Shown piece after piece: positions 39,254 to 49,667 of a stretch of 64,000 bases of DNA (its first letter is position 1; every line of letters begins with the position of its first letter). The notes below the pieces were generated by a model. The model was not told the DNA's origin and did no database searches. It worked only from the letters and a program-made list of their open reading frames with translations. The stretch is from an uncultured Candidatus Saccharibacteria bacterium (GTDB lineage: Bacteria > Patescibacteriota > Saccharimonadia > CAZBQI01), in assembly GCA_964494105.1 (NCBI GenBank), contig CAZBQI010000002.1, forward strand, positions 18,936-82,935, given 5' to 3'. The position numbers and the translations under genes were made by a program.

Positions 39254-40474
39254 ATGGATATACCCGAAGCAGACAATAGTCCAAAGCCAGAACTCAGCGT
39301 AAACGATCGCCTTGGTATTGCTACAGAATTTATAACTTCTCAAGGCGGGACAATTACCTATGAACAATTCATGGGTCTTAGCATGTATGGCGAGGGCCTG
39401 GCTTCAGACCTAGCAGATTCATTTGGGTACTACACTTCAGGCAGGGCAAGAATCCACGGTGGCGACTTTACAACAGCACCAGAGATGACATCACTCTTTG
39501 GAGTACTAACTACCAGGCGCTTGGCTAACATTTGGGATACACAGGGCAAGCCAGACAGATTTGATATAGTTGAGATGGGTGGCGGGAATGGTGTCTGGGC
39601 AAGAGATATACTGCAAGAGCTAGAATATCTGGACAGAGCTGGTACATTTCCAGGAATTGCTGACTCGATAAAATACAAACTAGTAGAAATCAGCCCGGCA
39701 CTAGCAGCTCGACAGCAGGTAACTCTTGAGGAAGCAGGATTAAGTTCTAAAGCAAGCTGGGTATATGGAAGTGCGCTAGATCTTCCTGATGATTTACAAG
39801 TAAGTGGCGCGTTTATTTCTAACGAACTTATTGATACCTTTCCAACCCACCGCGTGGCGAAACATGGTGGAAAGTTATTAGAAATTGTTGTTAAAACTCA
39901 AGGTGGAAAATTATTAGAAGATGTTCAGGAGCTAGAAAACCCTAGTATTGATAGCTATCTGGAGCAAGCTGATCAAGAAATACCAGAGGGCGGCACAGTA
40001 AACATTAACTTAAGGGCGCTCCAGTGGCTAGACGGAGTTGCCTTGCATCTAGAAAGCGGGCACGTATTAACCATAGACTACGGTAGTAATCGCCTACCTA
40101 GTGAGTTGCGTTTTTTCCCGGATCGAATACATGCGCCACAGTTGCAGTACAGCGAACCAGGGAGTTTTGATATTACCAGTGATGTCGATTTTAGCGCTCT
40201 AGCAAGCCAGGGCGTTGCCAGTGGTTTAGCAACTGTAAATTTTGCTGGTCAAGCAACTTATTTTAACTTGCCACGCACCGCAAACGGTGAAAATGCGTCC
40301 CGAATAGATAATTTGATAACAGGAGATCACTGGACTAAATCTGGTCCGCGTTCAATAAAAATTGGAATTAATAAGGCTGTAGAACTTGCCGGCTTAGATT
40401 GCTATGTGCTTGAGCAGAAGAAACAACTAGCGGTTGTCACCGCTACCGCCAATTTTACCGCGAGCTTTGCGTGA
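39254..40474 (+). CDS. MidA/NDUFAF7 family SAM-dependent methyltransferase
   Basis: GYY...GDFTTAPE..LFG, IVEMGGGNG, SNELIDTFP, IDYG, DITSDVDF. Confidence 0.88.
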   Translation: MDIPEADNSPKPELSVNDRLGIATEFITSQGGTITYEQFMGLSMYGEGLASDLADSFGYYTSGRARIHGGDFTTAPEMTSLFGVLTTRRLANIWDTQGKPDRFDIVEMGGGNGVWARDILQELEYLDRAGTFPGIADSIKYKLVEISPALAARQQVTLEEAGLSSKASWVYGSALDLPDDLQVSGAFISNELIDTFPTHRVAKHGGKLLEIVVKTQGGKLLEDVQELENPSIDSYLEQADQEIPEGGTVNINLRALQWLDGVALHLESGHVLTIDYGSNRLPSELRFFPDRIHAPQLQYSEPGSFDITSDVDFSALASQGVASGLATVNFAGQATYFNLPRTANGENASRIDNLITGDHWTKSGPRSIKIGINKAVELAGLDCYVLEQKKQLAVVTATANFTASFA

Positions 40475-40762
40475 GTGTAGTTTATCTAAATTAGCTTTGG
40501 CTACTTCCTCGAATGGTACGTCCAAATAATCAGCCAAAGCCTGCAAGTACCACAATACATCACCCATTTCTTTTACAATTTCCGTTTTTTCTTCGGCCGA
40601 GATTTTGCCCTCTTTGTCGCGAATGATCTTTTTCATCTTCTCGGCAACTTCACCTGCCTCACCAACGAGTCCCAGCGTACGGTAAACTGCTGAATACCAA
40701 AAATCTTTGTCGGTATGTAGTGCCGTCTGAATTGCTAATTTTTGATATTCGTTAAAGTTCAT
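40427..40762 (-). CDS. MazG-like nucleotide pyrophosphohydrolase
   Basis: LGLVGEAGEVAEKMKK, EMGDVLWY. Confidence 0.9.
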   Translation of the reverse strand: MNFNEYQKLAIQTALHTDKDFWYSAVYRTLGLVGEAGEVAEKMKKIIRDKEGKISAEEKTEIVKEMGDVLWYLQALADYLDVPFEEVAKANLDKLHSRKARGKIGGSGDNR

Positions 40763-40773
40763 TTTTGACTGCT

Positions 40774-41145
40774 TTAGTCTTTCTTTTTATCAAGTTTGTC
40801 TAGTTTAAAGCCGTGAATAACAAAATAAATAACTGCAGCAGTTGCTAGTAATATTATTACGGAGTTCAGTACCGCTCCCCAGCCAATAATCAGGTCTTGC
40901 CCACCGCGCGTGAGGCCAGTGTGCCAAACTGTAGCCGAGAGATTAGTCCCGCCCAAGATAAAACCAACTATCGGGCTTATGAACCCGTCAACAATTGTTT
41001 TTACCGTCGCACCAGCGGCAGCACCGATAGCTAAACCAACGGCCAAACCAATAACACCTTGTTCACGAACAAAATCCATAAATCCCTTGGCATGGCTTCC
41101 GGCCTTGCCAGCTAGCTTCTTGCCGTTTTTCTTTGCTTTTTCCAT
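40774..41145 (-). CDS. mscL: Large-conductance mechanosensitive channel
   Basis: GFMDFV..QGVIGLAVGLAIG...ISP. Confidence 0.88.
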   Translation of the reverse strand: MEKAKKNGKKLAGKAGSHAKGFMDFVREQGVIGLAVGLAIGAAAGATVKTIVDGFISPIVGFILGGTNLSATVWHTGLTRGGQDLIIGWGAVLNSVIILLATAAVIYFVIHGFKLDKLDKKKD

Positions 41146-41157
41146 ATGTAATATATG

Positions 41158-41709
41158 CTATCTCAGTTGCTTTGGTTTGTCATCAAGTAGTGAGATGATT
41201 CTAGATGGTCGACCCAATAATTCTCCGCCGTCTACATAAAAGTCTACTGTTTCGCCAAAATATGATCTGGCACTTTGTACATTGTATGCCGGCTTTTTAC
41301 CTTCGGGGTTAGCGCTTGGTGCAATCAGTGGACCCGTTCTTTCAAGAAGTTTCTGCAATTCAGAATGCTTAGGATTGCGAAAAGCTAACGAAGCCTTTCC
41401 GCGATGCAGATATTCCCACTTTCCAAGGCCCGGCCTTGGAAGCGGAAGAATTATGCTAAATGGACCTGGCCAGTAATCTTGGGCCGTAGTAACTTTTGTC
41501 GGGTCAAGATTAAATTGGCCTAAGTCTTTCAAGTTAGAAAACAGAATAATGCATGGCTTAGTAAAGTCTCGGCCTTTTAGGCTATATACCCGCTCTACGG
41601 CACGCTCATTTAAAGCAGATGCTACTAATCCATAAATAGTATCGGTCGGAATAACACCAACCTTTCCGGCTTTAAGCAAATCGGCAGCTTGTTTCCAATT
41701 AGTATCCAT
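41158..41709 (-). CDS. tsaC: L-threonylcarbamoyladenylate synthase (TsaC/Sua5)
   Basis: PTDTIYGL, LKGR, WPGP, PSANPEG. Confidence 0.93.
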   Translation of the reverse strand: MDTNWKQAADLLKAGKVGVIPTDTIYGLVASALNERAVERVYSLKGRDFTKPCIILFSNLKDLGQFNLDPTKVTTAQDYWPGPFSIILPLPRPGLGKWEYLHRGKASLAFRNPKHSELQKLLERTGPLIAPSANPEGKKPAYNVQSARSYFGETVDFYVDGGELLGRPSRIISLLDDKPKQLR

Positions 41710-41748
41710 ACGTTTGTAATACTAGCAAAAACTGGCGATAATACAGCT

Positions 41749-42576
41749 ATGAACCTAGACGTATTGAATTGGCTACAAACCCATGCGCTTCCGATTATTC
41801 TAATAGTCTTTGGTGCATGGCTGATTAAAAGTCATGGACTCAAGCCACTCGAAGGTGTTATTCGCCGCTCAATTCAGCGCAAGCACTTTAAATCTGAAAT
41901 CGATTACAAACAACGCCAAGATACTCTGGTAGATATTAGTCGAAGTGTTTTCGGCATGTTGGTATGGGTTATTGCAATTGCGGCAATAATTACAGAGCTT
42001 GGCATTAACCTGGCTCCCCTCTTAACCGGTGCCGGCTTAATTGGCTTGGCATTAAGCTTTAGCGCACGAGATTTAATTATGGATTTTGCCAATGGCGTGT
42101 TTATTATCAGCGAAAACCAATACCGAGTTGGTGATGTTGTGCAATTAGGAAAAGTAAAAGGCCAAGTAACCGACATCAGCTTGCGTGCAACTACCCTGCG
42201 AGACCTAGACGGAACTGTACATCACGTTCCGAATGGTAGTTTTCAGGTAGCATCGAACGTATCCAAAGATTTCTCTAGTGTTAATCTAAATATGCCAATC
42301 AAATTTAGTGCAGACTTAGAAGCAGCCATCACAGCTATCAATAACGTCGGCAAAGAAATTAAGAAAGACAAAAAATGGGAAGCTAAAATTCGTAAAACAC
42401 CAAAATTCCTACGAGTTGAAAGCTTTGGCGACACCACCATTAAGTTAAAAATATATGGTGAAACCGTGCCTCTAGCCCAATGGGAAGTGTCCGGCGAATT
42501 GCGAAGACGCCTTATAGATACCTTCCATCAACAAAAGATTGAGCCGTATTACAAAGATATGTCATTACAAGAATAA
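41749..42576 (+). CDS. Small-conductance mechanosensitive channel (MscS family)
   Basis: GAGLIGLALSF, YRVGD, LRATTLRDLDG.VHHVPNG. Confidence 0.92.
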   Translation: MNLDVLNWLQTHALPIILIVFGAWLIKSHGLKPLEGVIRRSIQRKHFKSEIDYKQRQDTLVDISRSVFGMLVWVIAIAAIITELGINLAPLLTGAGLIGLALSFSARDLIMDFANGVFIISENQYRVGDVVQLGKVKGQVTDISLRATTLRDLDGTVHHVPNGSFQVASNVSKDFSSVNLNMPIKFSADLEAAITAINNVGKEIKKDKKWEAKIRKTPKFLRVESFGDTTIKLKIYGETVPLAQWEVSGELRRRLIDTFHQQKIEPYYKDMSLQE

Positions 42577-42616
42577 TGCTTGATATTTCAATTTTTCGTT
42601 GTAAAATAGGTTACTA

Positions 42617-43537
42617 ATGAGTCTTAAGAATAGAAGCCTGGTTAGTATCAACGATTACACTAAATCTGAATGGCTTCATATTTTAAAGGTCGCTAAGAAG
42701 TTCGAATCAAAGCCCCCAAAAAACCTACTGTCTGGCAAAGTAATTGCCAGTCTTTTTTTTGAACCGTCTACACGAACCAGGCTCAGTTTTGAAAGCGCCG
42801 TTCTTAAGCTAGGCGGTTCAATTATCAGTTTCGCCGATGCAAAAACCACCAGCACCAAAAAAGGCGAAACCCTGAAAGACACCGCGCGCATTGTAAGTAA
42901 ATATGCTGACTTATTAGTTATGCGTCATCCTGTCGAAGGCAGTGCTCGTTTAGCTAGCGAATATATAGAATCTCCTGTTGTTAATGCTGGTGACGGTGCC
43001 AATGAACATCCTACCCAAACACTGCTTGACCTCTATAGTATTCAGAAAACCCAAGGAAAACTAGATAACCTGACTGTCTCGTTTGTTGGCGACTTAAAAT
43101 ATGGACGAACAACGCGCTCACTAATGCTGGCTCTGTCTGAGTTTAAAAATATCAAATTCATTTTGGTTTCTCCGCCCGAACTTAAAATCACATCAGACTT
43201 GCGTTACGAACTCGAACAAAACAATGCCGATTTCGAAGAGATAAGATCTTTAAACGAAGCAATTGAAAAAAGTGACATAATCTATATGACCAGAATTCAA
43301 CAAGAACGGTTTTCTGATCCCCTTGACTACGAACGCGTAAAGGATAGCTATGTTCTGCATGCATCAATGCTTGATCGGGCAAAACCAAATGCCAAAGTCA
43401 TGCACCCGCTGCCAAGAGTACATGAAATTAATGAAGATGTTGACGACACAAAACATGCTTATTACTTTGAGCAAGCGGCCAATGGCATACCTGTTAGACA
43501 AGCTATCATTGCAGTAATTCTAGGAGCCGTAAAGTGA
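42617..43537 (+). CDS. pyrB: Aspartate carbamoyltransferase catalytic subunit
   Basis: FEPSTRTRLSFE, HPTQTLLD, HPLPR. Confidence 0.97.
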   Translation: MSLKNRSLVSINDYTKSEWLHILKVAKKFESKPPKNLLSGKVIASLFFEPSTRTRLSFESAVLKLGGSIISFADAKTTSTKKGETLKDTARIVSKYADLLVMRHPVEGSARLASEYIESPVVNAGDGANEHPTQTLLDLYSIQKTQGKLDNLTVSFVGDLKYGRTTRSLMLALSEFKNIKFILVSPPELKITSDLRYELEQNNADFEEIRSLNEAIEKSDIIYMTRIQQERFSDPLDYERVKDSYVLHASMLDRAKPNAKVMHPLPRVHEINEDVDDTKHAYYFEQAANGIPVRQAIIAVILGAVK

Positions 43538-43989
43538 AAGAACTTAGAATAAGCGCACTCCAAAACGGCACTGTTATCGATCACATACCGGTTGAAGACG
43601 TATTTAGAATTGTCGAAATACTAAAACTCCAAGATTTAAAGAAAGAGATCTCGATTGCTACCAATTTGCCTAGCAAGAAACTGGGGCGCAAAGGAATTAT
43701 AAAGGTAAGCAATGTTCAGCTTGATCAAACTGCAGTTGATGCGGTTGCACTTTTAGCAGCCGGGGCTAATATTGTCATAATTAAGAACTATAAGGTCGCA
43801 AGAAAAGTCGTTATAAAGATGCCAAATATAGTGAAGGGAATTGTACGTTGCTTTAACCCGAACTGCATCACCAACAAAGAAGAAGTCGTGACGGTATTCC
43901 GAGTATTAGCCTCCAGTCCACTAAAATTACAGTGTCATTTCTGTTCAAAAATTATGAGCGAAGATAATCTACGTTTTAAAAATAGTTAG
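43534..43989 (+). CDS. pyrI: Aspartate carbamoyltransferase regulatory subunit
   Basis: NGTVIDHI, CFNPNCIT, CHFC. Confidence 0.95.
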   Translation: MKELRISALQNGTVIDHIPVEDVFRIVEILKLQDLKKEISIATNLPSKKLGRKGIIKVSNVQLDQTAVDAVALLAAGANIVIIKNYKVARKVVIKMPNIVKGIVRCFNPNCITNKEEVVTVFRVLASSPLKLQCHFCSKIMSEDNLRFKNS

Positions 43990-44903
43990 TGCTGATGGTG
44001 ATGTGCATGCAGTCGTATTGGTAATCGAGCCTCAGTAACATATGTTCCTAAAAATACCAGAATTGCACCGATAAGAAATCCGGTTGTTGGTGATTCACTC
44101 AACAGCAATATCGATGCAACTACACCAAACACCGGTCTTAGATAATCCAATAGACCCGCTTCCTCGCCGCTTATTCCCTGCAGGCCATTGTTGAATAAAG
44201 AAGTAGCAGTAATTACAATACCCGTGCTAATTACTAAGGACGACCATCCAATGCCAGATATCGTGCTGAGCGGTTGGTATTCCTGGAATACGAAACTAAA
44301 TATCGTATACCCTACCCAGGCGCAAAGAATTCGAATAAATGTCTCCTGCTGTGGTGTAGCTCGATTGAGTGCAGGTTTCGCAAGCACCGTACCAATAGCT
44401 GCGAGAACACCACCAATAATAATCGCGGTAACACCCGTACGCGAGAAGCTCGTAAGAGTGTTGTTCGCTTCTACTGGTGAGAGAACCACAAGAAAGGCGC
44501 CTGCCGCAGCAAAGATTATGCCAAGCACATTTCGTGTAGTCGCTCGCTCCTTTAAAAACTCGGCTGAGAAGATAAATACTAGCAAGGGAGTTATTAACAT
44601 GATCACCGAACCAAGCAATCCACTAATCTTTGATAGTCCAAAATAATACAAAGCGTTCGCTGCAAATCCCAGTAGAAATCCACTGGAGATAACATATAGC
44701 CAGGTTCTTTTGCTAAGTCTTTTCCAGTGTCCTTTAAGCATAAAACTAACCACTACCAAAGCGACACTCATTTTAATCGCGCCGTAGAAAAATATTGGAA
44801 TCTCAGCAACACCAATTTTTACTATCGGCACATTTATGCCCCACAAAACGTTTGCCAATGCCACAAATGCTACTGAGCCTTTTGAGTGCTTGCGGATTTT
44901 CAT
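43986..44903 (-). CDS. DMT/EamA family transporter
   Basis: About 10 TMs in two EamA repeats. Confidence 0.85.
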   Translation of the reverse strand: MKIRKHSKGSVAFVALANVLWGINVPIVKIGVAEIPIFFYGAIKMSVALVVVSFMLKGHWKRLSKRTWLYVISSGFLLGFAANALYYFGLSKISGLLGSVIMLITPLLVFIFSAEFLKERATTRNVLGIIFAAAGAFLVVLSPVEANNTLTSFSRTGVTAIIIGGVLAAIGTVLAKPALNRATPQQETFIRILCAWVGYTIFSFVFQEYQPLSTISGIGWSSLVISTGIVITATSLFNNGLQGISGEEAGLLDYLRPVFGVVASILLLSESPTTGFLIGAILVFLGTYVTEARLPIRLHAHHHQH

Positions 44904-44911
44904 ATTGATTA

Positions 44912-46213
44912 CTAGATGATTATTAAGTCTTTTCGACTTTCACCAACCCCCAAAAAACTAAGTTTTGCGCCGGGAATTGTGGTGGCTATAGTCTCGGCAT
45001 ATTTTTGGACACTGTCGGGCAAATCAACAAACTCTCGGATTGTCGAAAGGTCTTCGTTCCACCCGTCAAATACATCGGCTTTCGTGTAGAGTGCCCTGCT
45101 TGCAGAGAGCTCATCATTATCAACAAAAAAATCTTTTGTCGATTTGCCATTATGCTCATATGCTTTGCAGATTTTTAAATCGCCAACACCGGCTAAAGTA
45201 TCGAGTCGAGTAAGAGCGATGTCGGTAATTCCATTTATACGATTAATGTAACGCGCAGCTACCCCATCAAAAAATCCAACTCGACGCGGGCGACCGGTAG
45301 TAGTGCCATACTCGTGACCACGTTCGCGTATTAAGTCTCCTTGCTTATTTAGCAGTTCGGTGGGCATGCCACCGGCTCCAACTCTTGTCTGGTAGGCCTT
45401 AAAAATTCCTACCACTTTTGTTAGGTAGATTGGAGGCATGCCCGCACCTACCAATAGCCCCCCAACAGTAGAATTTGAAGAGCTGACCATCGGGTACGTA
45501 CCGTGATCAAGATCAAGTAAGCCCCCGTGAGCACCCTCAATAACAAACCGCTTTCCGGCTCTTAACTGGCTATCTACAATTTCTTCTGTGTCACGTATTT
45601 TGCCTCTTAACTGATCATGAGCTTTGTTGATTAATGGTTCGTAATAGCTGGGTTCAAATTCTTTGACACCCTTTAAGCCATAGCGAAGCTTTTTTTGCCT
45701 TAGCACTTTTGTAAGTTGCTCCATGCAAAGTTTTGGCCTGAGCAGTAAGCGCGCTTGCAAGCCAATTCTTTCGGCTTTATCCATATAGGTAGGTCCAATT
45801 CCTCGCTTAGTCGTTTCAATCTTTCTTACACCACGTTCTTCTTCTTGCATGCGATCGATGTACAGGTGGTAGTCGAAAGCTAAATGCGCCTTAGGACTAA
45901 TCACAAGATTCGACGTATCTATTCCGCGTTTATGCAAATTATCTAATTCCGTAAGCAAAGTTTGTGGGTTGAGCGCAGTACCCGGGCCAATAATATTTAT
46001 AGATTCTGAGTTGAATATACCTGCCGGTATCAGATGAAGAGCAAATTTTCCTCGGTCGTTAGAGACAGTATGACCTGCGTTATCTCCACCTTGCGCTCTA
46101 ATTACAACGTCAGCTTGTGATGCAAGATAGTCGACAATTTTGCCCTTACCTTCATCGCCCCACTGACCCCCGACAACCGCAATAACTTCTGGTTTGTTTT
46201 TATGTATTCTCAC
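44912..46213 (-). CDS. purA: Adenylosuccinate synthetase
   Basis: GQWGDEGKGK, NAGHT, GTYP, EYGTTTGRPRR. Confidence 0.97.
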   Translation of the reverse strand: MRIHKNKPEVIAVVGGQWGDEGKGKIVDYLASQADVVIRAQGGDNAGHTVSNDRGKFALHLIPAGIFNSESINIIGPGTALNPQTLLTELDNLHKRGIDTSNLVISPKAHLAFDYHLYIDRMQEEERGVRKIETTKRGIGPTYMDKAERIGLQARLLLRPKLCMEQLTKVLRQKKLRYGLKGVKEFEPSYYEPLINKAHDQLRGKIRDTEEIVDSQLRAGKRFVIEGAHGGLLDLDHGTYPMVSSSNSTVGGLLVGAGMPPIYLTKVVGIFKAYQTRVGAGGMPTELLNKQGDLIRERGHEYGTTTGRPRRVGFFDGVAARYINRINGITDIALTRLDTLAGVGDLKICKAYEHNGKSTKDFFVDNDELSASRALYTKADVFDGWNEDLSTIREFVDLPDSVQKYAETIATTIPGAKLSFLGVGESRKDLIII

Positions 46214-46268
46214 CGTGACTTACTATATGTCGATATGCATCCGCTAGTCAATGAAAGTGCGATATTTG

Positions 46269-46796
46269 TTAAGTAAGTTCGTCTTCTATTAGCTCTTCTA
46301 GATTCTTATGGTCTTTGATGTTAGCTTTCTCTTTTAGCTCATTGTCTTGTATTGGTGTAATACCTTGCTTCTTCATAATTGCATTTAGCATTTTCACAAT
46401 ATAGGTAACCTCCTCTTCGGCAATTACATTAATTTGCAGGTCGATTTCTTCGCGCAAGTCAGCAATTTTGGCTTCGCGGTTTTGAGATATCAACACAATA
46501 ATTGCCAAAAAAATGGCCTCGAGTGAAACCACCATTGTTAGCAATCCAAAAGGAAAAGGATCAAAAGGCTCAAGAATAGGAATCATACCAATGTTATGTA
46601 GTATCCATACTGAAAACCATATTGCGTTTATAATTAAAAAAGTAACGGTACCAAAGAACCCGGTTAGCCAATCAGCGAATATTTCTGCTTTTGTACGTCT
46701 TGCGTCTGCTTGAGCTTTGAAACTCCTGATAATCGTCGACCGCTTGGATTGACCAGAATTGTAATTATTATGCGATTCTCCTTTTGAATTTTCCAT
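46269..46796 (-). CDS. DUF1003 family membrane protein
   Basis: FDPFPFGLLTMVVSLEAIFL..IVLISQNR. Confidence 0.9.
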   Translation of the reverse strand: MENSKGESHNNYNSGQSKRSTIIRSFKAQADARRTKAEIFADWLTGFFGTVTFLIINAIWFSVWILHNIGMIPILEPFDPFPFGLLTMVVSLEAIFLAIIVLISQNREAKIADLREEIDLQINVIAEEEVTYIVKMLNAIMKKQGITPIQDNELKEKANIKDHKNLEELIEDELT

Positions 46797-46866
46797 ATTG
46801 CCCCTTATTTTCCTTCAATTTTAGTGCGCTTTAGTAAATAACGCAAAGTATGGGTAGTATATAAGT

Positions 46867-47535
46867 ATGGCCTTATTTGATTTAGAAGCATTAATAAAGA
46901 CTACTGGCTATGTCGGGATCACCGGCATTGTCTACGCTGAGTCAGGTTTATTGGTAGGTGCACTTTTACCGGGTGATAGCTTGCTCTTTACGGCCGGTTT
47001 TTTAGCCAGTCAAGGCTACCTGAATATTTGGTTACTTTGCTTATTGGTATTTATAGCTGCAGTTGCTGGTGATAATACCGGGTACGAGATAGGCAAACGT
47101 TTTGGTCCACGCGTATTTAAACATAAGGAATCGCTTTTCTTTCGAAAGGACTACGTTGAAAAGTCCGAACGGTTTTATAAAAAGCACGGCGGGAAGACAA
47201 TTATTCTTGCGCGTTTCACTCCTATAGTGCGGACCTTTGCCCCGCTTTTAGCCGGGGTTGGCAAAATGAAGCATTCCACTTTCTTTTTCTATAATGTGAT
47301 TGGTGCTTTCATCTGGGGAGTTGGCGTTAGTCTCCTCGGCTATTTTCTTGGCAAAGCCATACCAAATATTGATAGCTACCTACTGCCGATTATTGCTGTC
47401 ATTATCTTTATTTCGTTACTACCAACCGGCATACATATACTGCGCGACCCAGAGCATCGAAAAAGAATCATGCACCATGTAAAAAGACCCATACGTCACA
47501 TTAGAAGTCGAGGCAGAAATTCTAAATCAAAGTAG
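46867..47535 (+). CDS. DedA family protein
   Basis: ESGLLVG..LPGDSLLF, ARFTPIVRTF. Confidence 0.93.
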   Translation: MALFDLEALIKTTGYVGITGIVYAESGLLVGALLPGDSLLFTAGFLASQGYLNIWLLCLLVFIAAVAGDNTGYEIGKRFGPRVFKHKESLFFRKDYVEKSERFYKKHGGKTIILARFTPIVRTFAPLLAGVGKMKHSTFFFYNVIGAFIWGVGVSLLGYFLGKAIPNIDSYLLPIIAVIIFISLLPTGIHILRDPEHRKRIMHHVKRPIRHIRSRGRNSKSK

Positions 47536-47551
47536 CAAGATTTTCTTAGTT

Positions 47552-47938
47552 ATGTTAGTAAGTTTATTTAGCTTCATACCGAGTGCAGTTTTTGCAACCA
47601 GCAGCGAACTTTCCAGTACAGGCAGTAGCGCTAATAATGTAGTTGCTGTCATATTGGGTATAATGCTTGTTGTTTTATTCTTTTTGCTGATTTTGGGAGT
47701 TGTTATTGCTTCGCTTGTTTTCTGGATTATGATGCTCCTACACCTAACGAACAATGATGTTCCCGACAAAGAAGTCTGGTTAGTTATTCTGGTTGTTACC
47801 TTCTGTTTTAGCACCCCGCTGCTTGGAGCTATCGCCTACTATTTTGGTGTCAAACGAAACTACATGCCAGCGAAAACTCATTCGTCGCCAAAAAGCTCGA
47901 AATCACAAAAGAAGCAAAAGGCCTCTAAACTTCGCTAA
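47552..47938 (+). CDS. Small membrane protein (PLDc_N-like)
   Basis: K.VWLVILV...LGAIAYYF pattern; start uncertain. Confidence 0.6.
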   Translation: MLVSLFSFIPSAVFATSSELSSTGSSANNVVAVILGIMLVVLFFLLILGVVIASLVFWIMMLLHLTNNDVPDKEVWLVILVVTFCFSTPLLGAIAYYFGVKRNYMPAKTHSSPKSSKSQKKQKASKLR

Positions 47939-49187
47939 GTATTTGTCTTGCTTCGGCCAGGAGTAAAAAGGAACCTGTAATTAGCCATACTTTGTTGGGA
48001 CTGTTTAGCGCTTCTACTATTGCCGGTTCTAGGCGGTCGCGTTTTTTTACAGCAATTGCTGAATTATTTCTGATTAATTCTTGGGTTAATTGTTCAGAAT
48101 TATAGGCGTCAGATGCAAAATCCTGGTTATTAACGGCCTCATATTGAGTTGCGATAATCTGAAATCGCTCTGGAATAATTGGCACATCTTTGGTGTTCTT
48201 CATGGCTAGAATCAAACCTATTTCTTTTTTCGGGTACAGTTTTTGGGTAGCTTTAATGAGGGCCGTTATTTTTTGCGAATTATGAGCTCCATCGAGAATA
48301 AATATTGTCTTGGCTTTTTCTATAACCTCGAAACGCCCAGGTATATGCATATTCTTTAATGTGGTCATTAGGTTTATGTGATCTAAATTCCAACTACTAC
48401 CAGTTGCCAAGTGGCGAGCAGTAACCAAAGCTAAGCTCAGGTTTTCTTGCTGGAATTCGGGTAGCGAGCTGATGAATTCTGATTTGTCATTAATTGACTC
48501 AGCTTTAGCGAAGCGAATACTCGCATGCACCGCTTTGGCTCGTTGCTCAAAAACACGATTAACGCTTGGCGCCTGCGATAAACAAAAACAATAATTTCCT
48601 GTTTGGATGATGCCTGCCTTTTGCTCGGCAATACTTTGTATTTGATTGCCCAATACATTTGTATGATCCCGTCCGATCCTTGTGATAATAGCCACTTTTT
48701 TTGGGTTTTTAATTGTATTTGTTGCGTCAAGCCTCCCGCCCATACCGGTCTCAATGACCGCATAATCAACTTTTTGCTCAATAAAATGCATCCAGGCCAT
48801 GGCTAGCAGTGTTTCGAAATATGAAACAGGGTCACCCGACTTTGCCATCTCATCAATTATCGGAATTATTTGCTCTAAGGTATTGGCAAAAGCTCTTTTT
48901 GAGATTTGCAAATTATTAACCTGACAACGCTCACGGATGTCGTACACATGAGGCGACAACGTAAGACCCACTTTTTGGTTAGCACTAACCAATAAGCTAC
49001 TGAGCATCATGGCAGTTGAGCCCTTACCTGAGGTACCAGCGATATGAACAGTTTGGATTTTCTCTTGAGGATTTCCCAATAGATTAAAGAATTTGATAGA
49101 ACGTCTAAGGCCGGCCTCGCCACTGAAGACACGCGCACTGCTACGATCCAAGTTGTTAATATAGTAAATCGCGTTTTGGTAGTTCAT
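47925..49187 (-). CDS. folC: Folylpolyglutamate/dihydrofolate synthase
   Basis: HIAGTSGKGST, ETGMGGRLDATN, GRFE, DGAHN. Confidence 0.93.
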   Translation of the reverse strand: MNYQNAIYYINNLDRSSARVFSGEAGLRRSIKFFNLLGNPQEKIQTVHIAGTSGKGSTAMMLSSLLVSANQKVGLTLSPHVYDIRERCQVNNLQISKRAFANTLEQIIPIIDEMAKSGDPVSYFETLLAMAWMHFIEQKVDYAVIETGMGGRLDATNTIKNPKKVAIITRIGRDHTNVLGNQIQSIAEQKAGIIQTGNYCFCLSQAPSVNRVFEQRAKAVHASIRFAKAESINDKSEFISSLPEFQQENLSLALVTARHLATGSSWNLDHINLMTTLKNMHIPGRFEVIEKAKTIFILDGAHNSQKITALIKATQKLYPKKEIGLILAMKNTKDVPIIPERFQIIATQYEAVNNQDFASDAYNSEQLTQELIRNNSAIAVKKRDRLEPAIVEALNSPNKVWLITGSFLLLAEARQILSEV

Positions 49188-49665
49188 TTCTATAGTATAG
49201 CTTGACGCCTTCTGACCTTACTTTATGCACTATTTTCCTTACCGGCTGTTTAAGCGATGGATGAATTAAATCTGGCGCAATCTCATTTAGAGGAACGAGC
49301 ACAAATGCACGTTCATGTAGATGTGGATGTGGTACCTCAAGCGTATCGCTGTTGATTATTAAATTATCATAGAACAATATGTCGATATCAATTTCTCGAG
49401 GACCCCATTTCTCGCGCTCAACTCGCCCTAATGTCTTTTCGATAGACTTCAACGCCGAAAGCAAATGGTTAGGACTAAGGCTAGTTTGAATTTCTAGGCA
49501 TTGATTCAAGAACTTATCTTGAAGCTCATTGCCCCAAGGATCAGTCTCGTAAATACTTGACTGCTTTATGAGTCTTGCATGTTTCTTGATTTCAGTTATT
49601 GCTCTTTTAAGTTGCTGTTGACGATCCCCGATATTACTGCCTAAACCGAGGAACACAGATGCCAT
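49156..49665 (-). CDS. folK: HPPK (hydroxymethyldihydropterin pyrophosphokinase)
   Basis: LGLGSNIG, WGPREIDIDIL, PHPHLHERAFVLVPL. Confidence 0.96.
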   Translation of the reverse strand: MASVFLGLGSNIGDRQQQLKRAITEIKKHARLIKQSSIYETDPWGNELQDKFLNQCLEIQTSLSPNHLLSALKSIEKTLGRVEREKWGPREIDIDILFYDNLIINSDTLEVPHPHLHERAFVLVPLNEIAPDLIHPSLKQPVRKIVHKVRSEGVKLYYRNELPKRDLLY

Positions 49666-49667
49666 AT

